Assembly (NCBI RefSeq): GCF_036365525.1
Contig: NC_090417.1
Coordinates: 310,001-374,000 of the forward strand
Reading direction: 5' to 3'
Source of the DNA: Heterodontus francisci
Lineage: Eukaryota
DNA length: 64,000 bases
Shown here: one piece after another, positions 24,501 through 37,602 of the stretch
Position numbering within the stretch: position 1 is the first letter of the stretch
Layout: each line of letters begins with the position of its first letter
Translations under genes and position numbers: made by a program
Notes under the pieces: model-generated
Database searches by the model: none
The model's input: only the letters and a program-made list of their open reading frames with translations
Told to the model about the DNA's origin: nothing

Positions 24501-27500
24501 ATGTATTGATCTGCAGCGCCATTCTCATGTGGATTTCAACTGTTCATTTTGCCTCAGGGGTTTTTTTTATTATTATTAAAAATGAACGTGGGCCTTACAG
24601 GCAAGGAGGTTCCCCTGATTGGAGATTGGAATCGCACCAGGACTACTGCGCTCCAGCACAAGTTCTCCCCTTTCAGGGCAGGATGGGAGAAAGTTGGCGG
24701 GTCAGTAAAACTGGGCAAGGCAGTGACCATCTCTGTTTTTGGTATCTCTCTCTCTCTCTCTCAGTTCTGGCCAATTTTGACCCGAAGGACAAAGCATGTG
24801 CTGAAGGGCCAGTGTACTGGTGCCAGGACCTGAAGACTGCTACCCAGTGCAGAGCAGTGCAGTATTGTGTGCAGACCATATGGAGCCAGCCTAAAGCGGT
24901 AAGTCGTCTCGTGACAAAGTTAATGTGACATGGGTGCAAGAGAGTTCTCTTCCACACCAAATGGCGCCCCCTTGATATTTAATGTCATTTAGCAGACCCA
25001 TAACTAATAGTTTGACACCAAACTGGGAGGCATTGTGAACTGTGAGGATAGCGATGGACTTTCAGAGGACAGAGACAGGATGGTGGACTGGGCAGACATG
25101 CAGCAGATGGAATTTAATGCATCTCGGCCACGATCTCCTTGAATGGCTCGAGGGGCCGAGTGGCCTACTCCTGCTACGGGGGGAAAGGCGGAGGAGTGGG
25201 GCGAGGCGAATGGCTCTTGCAGAGAGCTGGCACGGACACAATGGGCCGAATGGCTGCCTTTTGTGATGTAACCTTTCTATAATTCTGGTTCGTGCTTCTT
25301 CGTAATGTATTTTTACACGTTCAAATCTGCCATTGATTCCTTTTGGGGGGTCAGTAAGCATTCTACTGCAATATGTCCGGGTGTATGACTTTAACTGGTG
25401 TTGCCTCAAACATCCTTCAAGTATGGTGCCCAGAACTGGACACAATACTCCAGTTGAGGCTGAACCAGTGTTTTATACAGGTGTATCATCACTTCCTCCT
25501 TCATGTACTGAATGCCTCTATTTAGTTCTCAATTTTGAAATGTACTCCCCATTGTAAACACCAGTCTGCGTCCCAGCGGGCCTTCACAGAGATCCAAAGG
25601 ATTTCCGACATAACGGGTGTGAGTGTTTCTCGATTCCCTAAACTAAGCTAATGGATTGTTTATTGTTTAATCTCTGGGGAAAGCAACTGAATTTTACCAT
25701 GTTAATCCCGTCCCATTCCTCCCACACCACCACCAATTACTGTCCGCACGACTACCCACCTCCTAGGAATACACCAGTGCTTTTCATCCTCACCTTTTGA
25801 CTTCTCCAGGTGCTTTGAAAGGGTGCAGAGGAGATTTCTCAGAATGGTTCCAGGGATGAGGGATTTTCGCTACAAGGTTAGGTTGGAGAAGCTGTGATTG
25901 TTCTCCTTGGAGCAAAGGAGATTGAGTGGAGGTTTGATAGAGGTGTACAAGGTTGACGGGTTTCGAGAAGGTAGACAAAAACTGTTCCCATTAGCTGGTA
26001 CAAGGACTAGGGGACACAGATTGAAGGTTTTCGGGCAAGAGATGCCAGGGGGAGATGTGAGGAAGAACTTTTTTTAACACAGCGGGTGGTAATGACCTGG
26101 AACTCGCTGCCCACGAGGGTGGTGGAAGCGGAGACAAACGATATTTCAAAAGGAAACGTTGTACTGGTTTAGTATTTAACATTTCACCTGTGGTTTATGC
26201 TTCCCCCCCCCCCCCCCCCCACCCCACAGAACAAATGTGAGAACAAAGCCCGCATTTGAATATGGTGAACGTAGAGTCAAACTTCCCATCTGCACCTCTT
26301 CTAGACCTGAAACGTTAAGTCTGTTGCTCCCTCCGCAGATGTGGCCAGACTGATGAGTATTTCCAGACTTTTATTTCAGAGTCAAACATCACTTTCGAGG
26401 TTTCACTTCTCCTTTTTACCGGTTTAAGCACTGAAATCGTGCCCAACTCCCACACACACTGACCTCACTCTGACCCCCACCTCCCCACGCACTGACCCTT
26501 TATCCAACTCCAACAACACAGGCAGTAATTTTGCCTTTGGCGTCTTTTCATTTCTGGTGAGGTCAAAGTTAGCCTGACCTCTCACAGGATCATACCAATT
26601 AGGAGCAGGAGTAGGCCATTCAGCCCCTCGAGCCTGCTCCGCCATTCAATAAGATCATGGCTGATCTGATTGTAACCTCAAGTCCACATTCCTGTCTCAC
26701 TCAGCCTTGAATATATTCAATGACCCAGTCTCCACTGCTTTCTGGGGAACAGAATTCCAAAGATTCACGACCCTTCTGCCAGAAGAATTTCCTCCTGATC
26801 TCCGTCTTAAAAGTGAGACACCTTTTTTTGAAACTGTATAAGGACCTGGTATAGTGGACAGTGAAGAAGGTTGTCTGAGGTTACAACAGGATATAGATCA
26901 ACTGGGAAAGTGGGCAAAGGATTGACAAATGGAATTAAACGCAGACAAGTGTGAAGTGATGCATTTTGGGAAGTTAAACCAGGGCAGGACATATACAGTG
27001 AATGGCAGGGCCCTGGGGAGTGTTGTTGAGCAGAGAGACCTTGGGGTGCAAGTACATAGTTCCCTGAAAGTGGCAACACAGGTAGACAGGGTGGCGAAGA
27101 AGGCATATGGCACGCTTGCCTTCATCGGCCGAGGCATTGAGTACAAGAGTTGGGACGTCATGTTACAGTTGTACATAACTGTTGGTTAGGCCGCATTTGG
27201 AGTACTGTGTGCAGTTCTGGTCGCCGCACTACAGGAAAGATGTGATTAAGCTAGAGAGGGTGCAGAAAAGATTCACAAGGATGTTGCCTGGTTTGGAGGG
27301 CTTGAGTTATAAAGAGAGATTGGATAGGCCGGGTCTGTTTTCCCTGGAGCGAAGGAGGCTGAGAGGGGACATGATAGAGGTATATGAAATTATGAGAGGC
27401 ATAGATAGGGTAGATAGCCAGAGTCTGTTTCCCCATGGTAGGGGTGACTAAAACTACAGGGCATAGATTTAAAGTGAGAGGGAGGAGGTTTAAAGGGGAT

Positions 27501-30500
27501 CAAAGGGGTAAATTTTTCACACAAAGAATTGGCTTGGTGAAAAACAGCCAGGGATCCTCACTATCCTGAAAAGTACGTGCGATCCGGTAATGCTACCCGA
27601 GCACATTTGATCACCATGTATTCCCAACTAACAGTGACCGCACTTCAAAACGTAACCCCATTGGTTGCAAAGCACTGAAAGGGCACTGACATGTTGTGGG
27701 ATTGCACAGAAGCACATTCCTCCCTATTCCTTTTTAGTGTTTGGCTGTTCAGAGAGAACAGGATTGGGCTCAGTTGTGATGCCACAACAGTCAAACAGCC
27801 CACTGGCACTCACGGCCTTGGCTCATATGTTAAGGAGCCCAGACACCCGGTGCTCGTAAGGAGAGGAGCTGGGAGATAACTTCGGGGGAGGTGGGGGATT
27901 CATTTAAATGTTTCTTGATCATTTGCAAACCAGGACCACGTCCATCACTAGCCACAACGCCAACAAATCCCTTCTCTGTTTCTTTCTTTTTTCAAGGCAA
28001 GTGACATCTGCGAAGTGTGCAAAAAGGTCATTGGGCAGATCGCGGATATAGTGAAGGACAAATCCATTCAGGTATTGCAGCAATACTCGGGCTCGGGAAT
28101 GAGAGAAATCCATTCGCCAAATGTGGTAACGTGAAATATTCAGCCGTGCCTCGGAGTTGACATTCACGCCCAGGTTGAGCTGGAGACGCTCGAATATGAT
28201 GGATTTCAATCCAACTGCCAGCTAAACCTGAGATGTCGCTTTTGTTTTTTTTTGCGGTGCGGACTGTTTTGTGTATTTTATGCGGTTTGCTTTTTGCACT
28301 GTATGTTCCCCAACGGTCGGTCATCCAATTTCTCTTTCTTTTTGCAGGATGCCGTGAAAGATGCTTTGCACAAAGGCTGTGATTTGATCCCAGTTAAAGA
28401 GCTTTCTGACCAATGCAACAAATACGTTGACTCCTACTTGCCCATAATAATTCAGTTTCTGGAGAACGAATTGGTAAATACTCCGAATGCGGATGGTGCT
28501 GTGTGGGAATTACACAATGGAGTCACAAGGCTGGAACCCAACCTGCATGCTTGTGAGGGGGGGGTGGGGGGGGGGGGGGGAGGGGCAAGCCTGTTACTTT
28601 CACTTCAGCTTCTGCTATTGCCAGAAAGCTGAAATGGGAAGTTGAAGCTAAGCTGTGCTTTTGTGCTGCCACTAATCTCTGCTCTGTGGGCGTGGAGGGT
28701 GGGGGGGGGGGGGGGGGGGCAAGACTATATTTAATACAAATCTCTAAACTGACATCGCTCACATCCCTCCAGGCAAAAAGGTTGTAGATTCAAACCCTCC
28801 TCCCAAGACTTGAGCCTTTAGAGTCTGGGCTGCTACCGCACTGCAGCACTGGGGGAGCCCAGCACTGTTGCAGATGCTGTCTTGTCAAAGCAAAGCCACA
28901 ACTGCCTGTATTAGTCATTCAGTTAGAGGCAAGCGATTTGAAAGGGTCAACGGCCAGCCAGCGTTGCTTGCAAATGCTCCATTCTCCCTTTCCTAGAGTT
29001 ACAGGCTGTCAAAATGCACTGTGCAGACTGAGTCCAACATTAGGCAGCTTCACAAACATCTCCCCATTGACCACTTTGACTCTTGTGTAGCGTAGGCTTC
29101 AGAACGCGGTGTGCTGTCCGTCCGTCCCAAATAGTCACCCTATCTGGCAGCATCTACGGAGAGGAAGAGTTAACACTATTCCCTATTCTGCAAGATCCAT
29201 CTTTTGAACGGACGAGCAAAGATGGAGAAAGGAATCTTGTTTTGTTCTTCCAGCTCTTCTGCACAACTGAGACCATGAACATCACAATTCTATACTTGTC
29301 TCAGCCAAAATAAGATTTTAAAAAACCCAGGCCAATTAGGGAGGGGAAAAAAATATCAATCTTTTCTGAACGTTCCCTTCCCCCCCCCACACCCCACCCA
29401 AACCTCAGGCAATCGCAACTTAAAGAACCGCCCAACTCTTCTCGAAATAGATGATGTTGAGAAGTCGGTCCCAACGGGGAATGGGAGCAACTGCTTGGTG
29501 CAGTCCGGCTTCGCTTGCACCCGTCTCTCTCTCATCCTCCTTGTGCTTTTGGTTTTCCACCAGCAACCAGACGTGGTGTGTGCTGCTCTGGGCCTGTGCA
29601 AGTCCCTACAGCCCATCCTTGCTCAGGAGGTTCTCTCCAATGCCATCCCCGAGGACGAGCCAAGTGTGGTCGACTACTCCCGGCTGAACACTGCAGGCCA
29701 GAAACCTAACCAGGTAAGATCAATTCAAAGACTAGGAACCGGGACTTGCAGCTTTGGGCATTGAGTTTTGATTTGACATTGGGTATTTGGCCATTGTGAA
29801 GTCACCCTTTTCTGGAGTTGTCTGGAAAATCTTGTAAAAAGACTGGTGTGTTAAGGAACTTGAGTGGCTCGGCCTCGTGGAAAATGGTAGGTTTCTTACC
29901 TTAGATAGGCGTGGCAGATACATGCAGCTGGGCACGTACGGTGGAACATAATAAACGGAGCTTTGCCCCAGCTTCTAACTTGTACTGCACTAGACGTGGG
30001 CGTACCTGGATCAAAGCAGTCCATTCCCAGCGCTAACAGTCTTCACCACTTGAGCAGAGGTTTAAAATATACAGTGGTTTGCAATGACCTTTTATTTGTG
30101 CATAGCAGGAGCCGCTTGCTGACAGCCTTCCCCAGTGCACTTTATGTCTGCTTATCGTGAAGAAGCTGCAGGAATACTTGCCCAAGGAAAAAACCGAGGT
30201 GGGTTACAGCATCCGGATAAAACCTAAGTGATTACATACAAGTATGAAATAAAATGCACAGGACAAGACAGAAAGAGGCCAGTTAGTATCCGTAATGGTG
30301 AGCATGTAGCTGCCAGATTGTTCCAAAAAAAACCATCTGGTTGACTAATTTCCTTTTACAGAAGGAAATCTGCCATCCTTACCCGGTCTGGCCTACATGT
30401 GACTCCAGACCCACAGCAATATGGCTGACTCTTAAAATGTCCTTTGAAATGCACGAGCCATATTCCTGTGAATGAATTCTTTTTTTAAAAACTTGCTGAG

Positions 30501-33500
30501 CTCAATCAGCACAGACTGGGAATTCCTGGTTTGTATGGATCACTCGGCTATAATGTCGGAACAAACAGGAACTGAAACCCCGAAGCTGGCACAGACACGA
30601 TGGGCTGAATGGTCTCCTTCTGTGCTGTGACCATTCTATGAAGTGCAACTGTGAAGAATGGATGTTTGTTTGCGATGTTTTTTTTTTCACTTGTCACTCT
30701 ATTTCTTCTCAGGCAGCTATCATCCAACTGCTCAATCAAATCTGCTCCTATCTGCCAGACAAATACTCTTCAAAATGCCACAACTTTGTGGAAACGTATG
30801 GCAAAGCTGCCATTGACATGCTGTTCGAGAAAATCGGACCCAATGCTGTGTGTGCTGCCCTTCACCTCTGCTTCATCAAGGAAGATGGGAGCTCAGGTTC
30901 GTATCCAAACCACCAGGAATCTATAACCCAAAACTGGAGTGCATGTCCACAGGTCCCTGAAGGTGGCAGGACAGGGAGATAGTGGTGAAGAAGGCAAATG
31001 GAATGCTTTCCTTTATTGGCCGAGGTATAGAATCCAAAATTAGGGATGTGATGCTGGAACGGTATAAAACGCTGGTTAGGCCACAGCTGGAGTATTGCCT
31101 ACAGTCCTGGTCACCACATTACAGAAAGGACATATGCTGTGGAGAGAGTACAGAGGAAAATTTGCAAGCATGTTGCCAGGCGGCTATGAGGAAAGCTTGG
31201 ATAGGCGAGAGCAGAGGAGGCTGAGGAGTGACTTAATTGAGGTGTACAAAATTATGAGGGGGCCTAGATAGAGTAGACAGGAAGGACCGGGACCTGTTTC
31301 CCCTAGCGGAGAGGTCAATTACCAGGGGGCATACATTTAAGGTGATTGGAAGAAGGAGTAGAGGGGACATGAAGAAAACCTTTTTCACCCAGATGGTGGT
31401 GGGTGTTTGGAATTCACTGCCTGAATCAGTGGGTCGGGGCCGTCAGTCGTAGGATGCACGACTGGGTGTTGTTCATGCTGGGGTGATAGGTTTAAAAAGA
31501 TCCATTTCTTGTTTTCCAGGATACTTTTATGTTCAAACTCTTTCCACGCTGTTTAATATGAATTTCTCCCACGTCTCCACAATGCAGTGCCGTTGTACGA
31601 ACTGAAGGCTGGAATATCCTGTGGCGCGTGTGAGGACATAGTGCGCCACCTGGGCTCAGCTCGGAGGAACGGCACCGAAGTGGATGCACTGCTGGCAGAT
31701 GGCTGCAAATCCTTGTCCGCGGTCTCCCATTTTGTGGTGAGTGCTCGCAAGAGAGATTTGAAAGGGAGCCCCTGGACTTTGCCAGCAGTGGGATCAGTTG
31801 AAGGGGTGGGGGCAGGTACAACGAGCAATTGGGAAGGCAAATGGCATGTTTGCCTTTATTGTAAGGGGGGGGGGGATTGGAGTACAAGAATAAAGAGGTC
31901 TTGCTACAATTGTACAGGGGTTTGGTGAGACTACACCTGGAGTACTGTGCGCAGATTTGGTCTCCGTATTTAAGAAAGGATACTTGTATTGAAGGCGGTA
32001 CAGCAAGTTTGGTTCCTGCGATGAGAGGGTTGTCCCATAATGGGAGGCTGAGTAAATTGGGCCTGTACTCTCTAGAGTTTAGAAGAATGAGAGGCAATCT
32101 CATTGATGCATATGATTCTGAAAGGGCTCGAGAGGGCAGACACTGAGCAATTGTTTCGGCTGGTCAGGGAATCGAAAACATGGGGGCACGGTCTTGGGAT
32201 GAGGGGTCGATCATTTAGGACTGTGAGTGAAGTCATTCCTCCTCATCTAAGGGTTGCGAATCGTTGGAGTTTTCTACCCCCAGAGTGTTGTCAATGCGCC
32301 ATCTTGAATATATTGGACGCCCAGATCCCTCTGCCTGTCAATACTCCTACGGGTTCTGCCATTTACCGTATACCTCCAAACAGCTGACTTCGGGCTACCA
32401 ATGCACTCAATAAGGTGAGCAAAAACGTGGCACGAGCCAGAGGAATATCTCTCTTGCACTTCATTTATTGAAGCACAACTCTTCCCCCCCTCATGAGCTC
32501 AGCCAAGGTTCAGCAAGAGTACTTCCCAGTTGCTCCATTATGTGCAAAGTGCACCCGGACGATTGAAGGAAGTCCAGGCAAAGGATACAGCCAGGGAACA
32601 GCAGGTGTAGAAAGTGCTATCACATGATGCAGCCACTTTCTCAATTGCAACTGAATGGAGAACAAAGTGGGGAAAAAAAAGGAAGTGAAACCATGTTCGA
32701 GGTAACACTACTAAAAACAGTCAAACGCTCAGGAACTTGCTTCACACTTGCATGACTGTGGTTTAGATTCTCAGCGTGTGACTGTCGCTGGCTAGGCTAA
32801 CATTTATTGTCCATCCCTAATTACCCTTGAGGAGGTGGTGGTGAGATGCCTTCTTGAACCGCTGCAGTCCATGTGGGGTAGGTACACCCACAGTGCTGTT
32901 AGGAAGGGAGTTCCAGGATACTGACCCAGCGACAGTGAAGGAACAGCGATATAGTTCCAAGTCAGGATGGTTTCTCTTCCCACTCCCACACAGTTACCTC
33001 TGGTGCTTTTCCCCCAGGGATCTATCCTTGCACCCCCTCCCCCCCCCCCTCACATTTCTCATCTATACGCTGCCCCTCATCGACATCAACTAAAAACACA
33101 GCATTCACGTGCCTTTACCTCTAGACTTGGTGAATCCAACACGTTCCTGGCTGGTCTCCCACATTCTGCCCTCTGTAAACCTGAGGTCATCCCAAACTGT
33201 GTCCCCCTATGTCCTTACTTGCACTGTGTCCCATTCACCCATGTGTTCTTTGAACAATGTTATCTCCCTGTTAAGTAAAGCCTTTTTTTTCCCCCCAATT
33301 CTCATCCTTGTTTTTCAAATCCCTCCCTGCCTCTGTAATTTCCTCCAACTCCACAACTCGGACATCTGCGCTCCTCTAACTCTAACCGCCAGCATCCCCG
33401 ATTTTTAATTGCTCCACCATTGGTGGCCGTGCCTTCAACCGCCTGGGCCCTAAGCTCTGGAATTCCCTCCCTAAACCCCTGGTCTCTCGTTCCTCCTTTA

Positions 33501-35143
33501 AGACATTCCTTAAAACTTACCTCTTTAACCCAACTTTTAGCCGTGTCCTGATATCCCCTTACGCAGCTCAATGTCAATTTTTGCTTTATAACATTTGTGA
33601 AGCGCCATTTTATTACAGTTGAAGGCGCTATATAAATACAGTATATAATAGTTGTTGTTGCTTTGCTTTTTCTCCCTTGCTTTGTGTTTCCATATCGCCT
33701 CCATTGGGTAAATCATTTAGATGTGACAAACATTGCACCAATGGAAGTGTTCAAATCTATCAGAATGGGATTGCTGATTTTTTTTTTTTCCTTTGTGTTC
33801 TTTTTTTGTTCAATCTGCTTCTTATAGTGTGAAGACTTTGTCCACTCCTATAAACCCCAGCTCGGCTCTCTTCTTCAGAAGTCGCAGGAGGGAAAAGATA
33901 TTTGTGCGGTAAGTGTCTGAAGGAGAGCACACTCGTTCTCTGAGCTGTCTGGGAATTCATGCAAAGAGCTGGCGCAGACTCAATGGGTTCAATAGCCTCC
34001 TTCTGTGCTGTACTGTTCTGTTTAGCTATTCTTTGTTGAGACGAAATTTTTGCAGACACTCTTGGTGACAAATCTCTTCAAGCTCCCATGAAGAATAGGC
34101 ACTTTGTCAGGGCATCGGATAGCAGCCAACTGCCTGGGAGCTGTACGACTGCAAAGAGCCACGAGGGAAGAAAGTTGAGGAAAGCACTGCTTTCCCGTCT
34201 TGTAAAAAGCCTTCTGTTACCCTTTCTCTCAGGGAGCGGCGCAAACATTCAGGAATCGGCCTCAACCTGTGTCCTTGTGTATTTACTTGCAGGAACTGGA
34301 TATCTGTGTAAGAAAAAAGTACGTCCACCTGCTTGGAGTCAATGAGTGCACCTGGGGACCAGCACACTGGTGCAAGGACCTGGAAATTGCCACACGGTGT
34401 AATGTAAGCATGACTTCAACCCTCTGTAATGAATGGAGAGTGGCAGCGGGTAAAGATTTATTGGACAACAGATTGTCATCTGCCGTCAAACCTTATTTCA
34501 AAGCAGTGTGCTAGATTTATTACTGTCTTTTGTACAGGCCACAAAACTGGGTGAAGCTAGAACTACTCTCCCTTTACACTGAGATCATGGTTAACCCCTG
34601 GCATGACACTAAAAGACCACTTTCATATATAACTATTCACACCAGTTATCACAGGTAGCGCAAATGTGCACTTGCTAAATTCTCAACACCAAACAGAACT
34701 TCAGCTTTCTGTTTTTTTCCCCCCCCCACCAAAGTGTGCTGTTTGTCTGGCACCTCAATTAGTTAAGACACTGATTTCTTTTTAAATCTGCAGAACGGTT
34801 GCACCAAGGCAATGACACCAGGTTGCAGCAACTAGCAGTTATGCCGCTGCTAAAACCAGTACCCAATCTGGGCCACGCTCTGGTTTTTTTTGCACCTGGG
34901 GTTCTGCGCAAGGTGAACCATCGCGGTCGAAAAGGGAAGCTGACCGGCTAAATCAGGAAGCGGTCGTTCGCTTCCCTCAAGCTTGAGAAACGATTTGGTT
35001 TCACAAGATTTGTCGGAGAGAGTTATGTCCTCCGAAAGAAATCTGTTCTGTATTTTAGGAATGTAAAGAGTTCTCATGTTTAGTATTTTTGGCTTTTTTT
35101 TTTTTAGGCTGTCGAACACTGTAAGAAGCACGTCTGGAACTAA
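21585..35143 (+). CDS. SFTPB: Surfactant protein B orthologue / prosaposin-like saposin precursor (signal peptide, SapA, three SapB domains, C-terminal SapA), 11 coding exons, about 392 aa
   Basis: Exons 21585-21627, 24765-24898, 27997-28071, 28348-28473, 29564-29713, 30109(or 30106)-30198, 30713-30896, 31588-31736, 33828-33908, 34293-34403, 35108-35143. All introns GT-AG with matching phases. Translation MAVFVILVSLCLSPVLA...CAEGPVYWCQDLKTATQCRAVQYC...CEVCKKV...LPQCTLCLLIVKKLQEYLPK...CGACEDIV...CTWGPAHWC...[11 protein letters not shown]. Three (not four) saposin domains and a tail-to-tail position with USP39 favour SFTPB over PSAP. Confidence 0.85.
26850..27530 (+). mobile_element. CR1 LINE ORF2 fragment in SFTPB intron 2
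   Basis: NADKCEVMHFG...VRPHLEYCVQFWSPHYRKD, with a frameshift near 27181. Confidence 0.85.
30945..31430 (+). mobile_element. Degenerate CR1 fragment in SFTPB intron 7
   Basis: VKKANGMLSFIGRGIE...LVRPQLEYCLQSWSPHYRKD. Confidence 0.75.
32990..33660 (+). mobile_element. Degenerate L2-clade LINE 3' fragment
   Basis: GGTGGCCGTGCCTTCA...CTCTGGAATTCCCTCCC segment and a GGCGCTATATAAAT...GTTGTTGTTG tail typical of L2 3' ends. Confidence 0.55.
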
Positions 35144-36228
35144 AGCCATCCTGCAAGTTAAAGAAAGCATCCCTGGCGGAGTATTGTTTCATTTGGTTTT
35201 TTTTAAGTCGTTGCAGTATCTTTGCTTAGAAATTTAATTTCAGGATTAGCACTAGTATTTCTGTCTTGCTGCATGCCGTGTGTGTGTTTTTTTTCAGTAG
35301 TTTCATGCTCTTACAGTTGTGATAACTACAGGGGGCTGTGCTGTATTAATTGTGAAATGTCCTGCAATGACTGGTTAACCCTTGCTGTCCCTTCCTTACT
35401 AAGTTCTTTTAAATGATGATCCTTCCAGATTAGGATTGTTGACTTGTTGTACGACATGAGCATTTTAATTACATTTATTCCATGAATCAAGAGTTTAAAT
35501 TTAAGTGCTGATTTAATACTTTTTTTAAAAATAAATTCAGCTAAAGATTAGGAATCGAGCATTACCTACAGCTCAAAGTGTCCACTGGATGGAAGAGGCG
35601 AGAGAAATATTCTCCCTGGGTAGTGCGTATGATAGAAGATGGAAGCTTTGTAATATATCTTGGGATTTTTTTTTTCCGTTACCTGTGAAAGTATTTCCCA
35701 TTGTTTGTGTTTAACAGCTACAGTGCTGCCCACAAACAGTAAGAAGGGAGTGAAACAATTCCAAGTGTTGGTTGCTGCAAGTGTTGAGGGTCTGTGAGCG
35801 GGAAATGTTAACATTTTCAGTTAAAACAGGTTTGCCGACATAAAAATCAGTGCAGTTTAAAAAGCAATTCACTGCATGTGAGCAACTTGGAGAAGTATCT
35901 GAGATGGGACAAGGCCGAGCCTTTCTTTTCTACATAATACTGCAGCCCGTGACATCTGTCAACTTCTATCCAGACACGGTCAAGCAACCACATTATTAGG
36001 ACCAGTTACAAGTTTGCAGATTTCAAGAGGGGGAAAAAAAAAACACTTCTTTTTTAATAAAGCGATCGAGACAGAATTTTAACCATTGAGTTCGATCTGA
36101 ATTCACTCACTAACTTTTATGATCAATCATCCTTTCCTTGCTTTCTAATCTGCCGTAGCTCATGTGTGGAGTCAGTTTGGCCTGTATTCATCAGATTAAA
36201 GTGCTTTAAAACCATGCTTTGTTTGCTT

Positions 36229-36234
36229 AATAAA
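36229..36234 (+). terminator. Candidate distal polyadenylation signal of the SFTPB-like gene
   Basis: AATAAA followed by TG/T-rich sequence. Alternative AATAAA at 35530 and 36056. Confidence 0.4.
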
Positions 36235-36486
36235 CTTTGACCAACATACTTATGTGAATTGATGTGATTCATTGTCACGTCTTTTGATACTTCTTGAATG
36301 GCTACTGAAGTGAGCTATCATGTGCAAGGCTCAACACTGAGCATCAGCAGGCTATTCGATTCAGCTGTGGTGAGCATCCCACTACACCCACTCCCGTACA
36401 TAGTTGATGTACACACCTCACTAGACAGTGAGTGGGAGGAACACGAAAGTTAGCATTTTAAAAACCAAAGGGTGCAACATTTTGTG

Positions 36487-36492
36487 TTTATT
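36487..36492 (-). terminator. Candidate polyadenylation signal of USP39
   Basis: TTTATT on + (AATAAA on -), about 1.1 kb downstream of the USP39 stop codon. Confidence 0.45.
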
Positions 36493-37602
36493 CCTCTAAG
36501 GTAGTTCATGACAAACCCTCAATTAACATGACGCATGTCCTATTCTCAGGCTGAAGAGGGAGCCTCACACACGCCGATCAAAAGCAGTAACACCGTAAAA
36601 CCAACACATAACGTTAACACCAGTTGCCTGATACCAGCCACAATCGTTCAATGAGAATTATATTTACCCCGAACTGACACGCAATGCTGAAAATAATTGG
36701 GGAAGCTGTTCAGAAGTGAAATATTTTACTTATACAATTTTCTAAAATAAAAACGGAACAGGAAGAATTATTTCAAACTCTAATCCGAATAAAACTGAAC
36801 CCTGAGACTGCCCTCCTTCGATGTTGCAACATTCAGGAAACAGACGGGTTATTCCAAAAGTCAAATCCCACTTCATCATTGTTCTACAGGACATGTCAAA
36901 GAGTATGGCCGACGGATTTTACACACGCACACCAACATTCCTAGTCTATGACAAAACTGTTTGGCCAGTTGTTGCAATCTGGAGGAGCAAAGCCCCTCTG
37001 TAGTGATACAGAGTCAAGCGGCTCCCAGCTTTGCAGCAATCTGAATGAACGGCAGCCGAAACGTCACAGGCGGTTTTTACACTTGGACAAAAAAAGAAGC
37101 AAGGTAAGAGAAACACAATGCGATTTGTAACATCCTGGGGGAATAATGCCCCCAAGGGTCCCACAAACAGAATGCACAGATAAAGCTGAGAACGGGGGAG
37201 TGGAGGGGGGGGGGAATGATGTTTAAATGAGTCGGTGACATCCCCAAGCACATCAGAGAATTGCATTCTTTCAAACGAGTCATTTCCATGAAAATATTCC
37301 TGGCAACACACACCCCTCCCCACCCACCCCCCCGCCGGAGTCAGTTGGCTGAGAAGTTACTGTAAACTTTTTCAAGTCAGCATTGGAGATCTTGCGGCCT
37401 GCGGACCCATCGAGACAGCTGGCTAATCAGTCTGAATACATTGTGATATCAGTGTGATCCGCACTTCCCAAACAGTTCAGCTTACAGGCTACTGTCAGAC
37501 TTAGCTTTAAATATTGCCGAGATCTTTCAGGTCGACCCGAGTAAGTCCCCGCTAACAATGGGCAAAGTGCCTATCTTTCGCGAATTTTCCCCCTGCCCCG
37601 GT

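Noticed and set aside
21585-35143. Calling the saposin gene PSAP
   Set aside because: Only three saposin domains and an SFTPB syntenic position. PSAP-like ends are better explained as ancestral retention.
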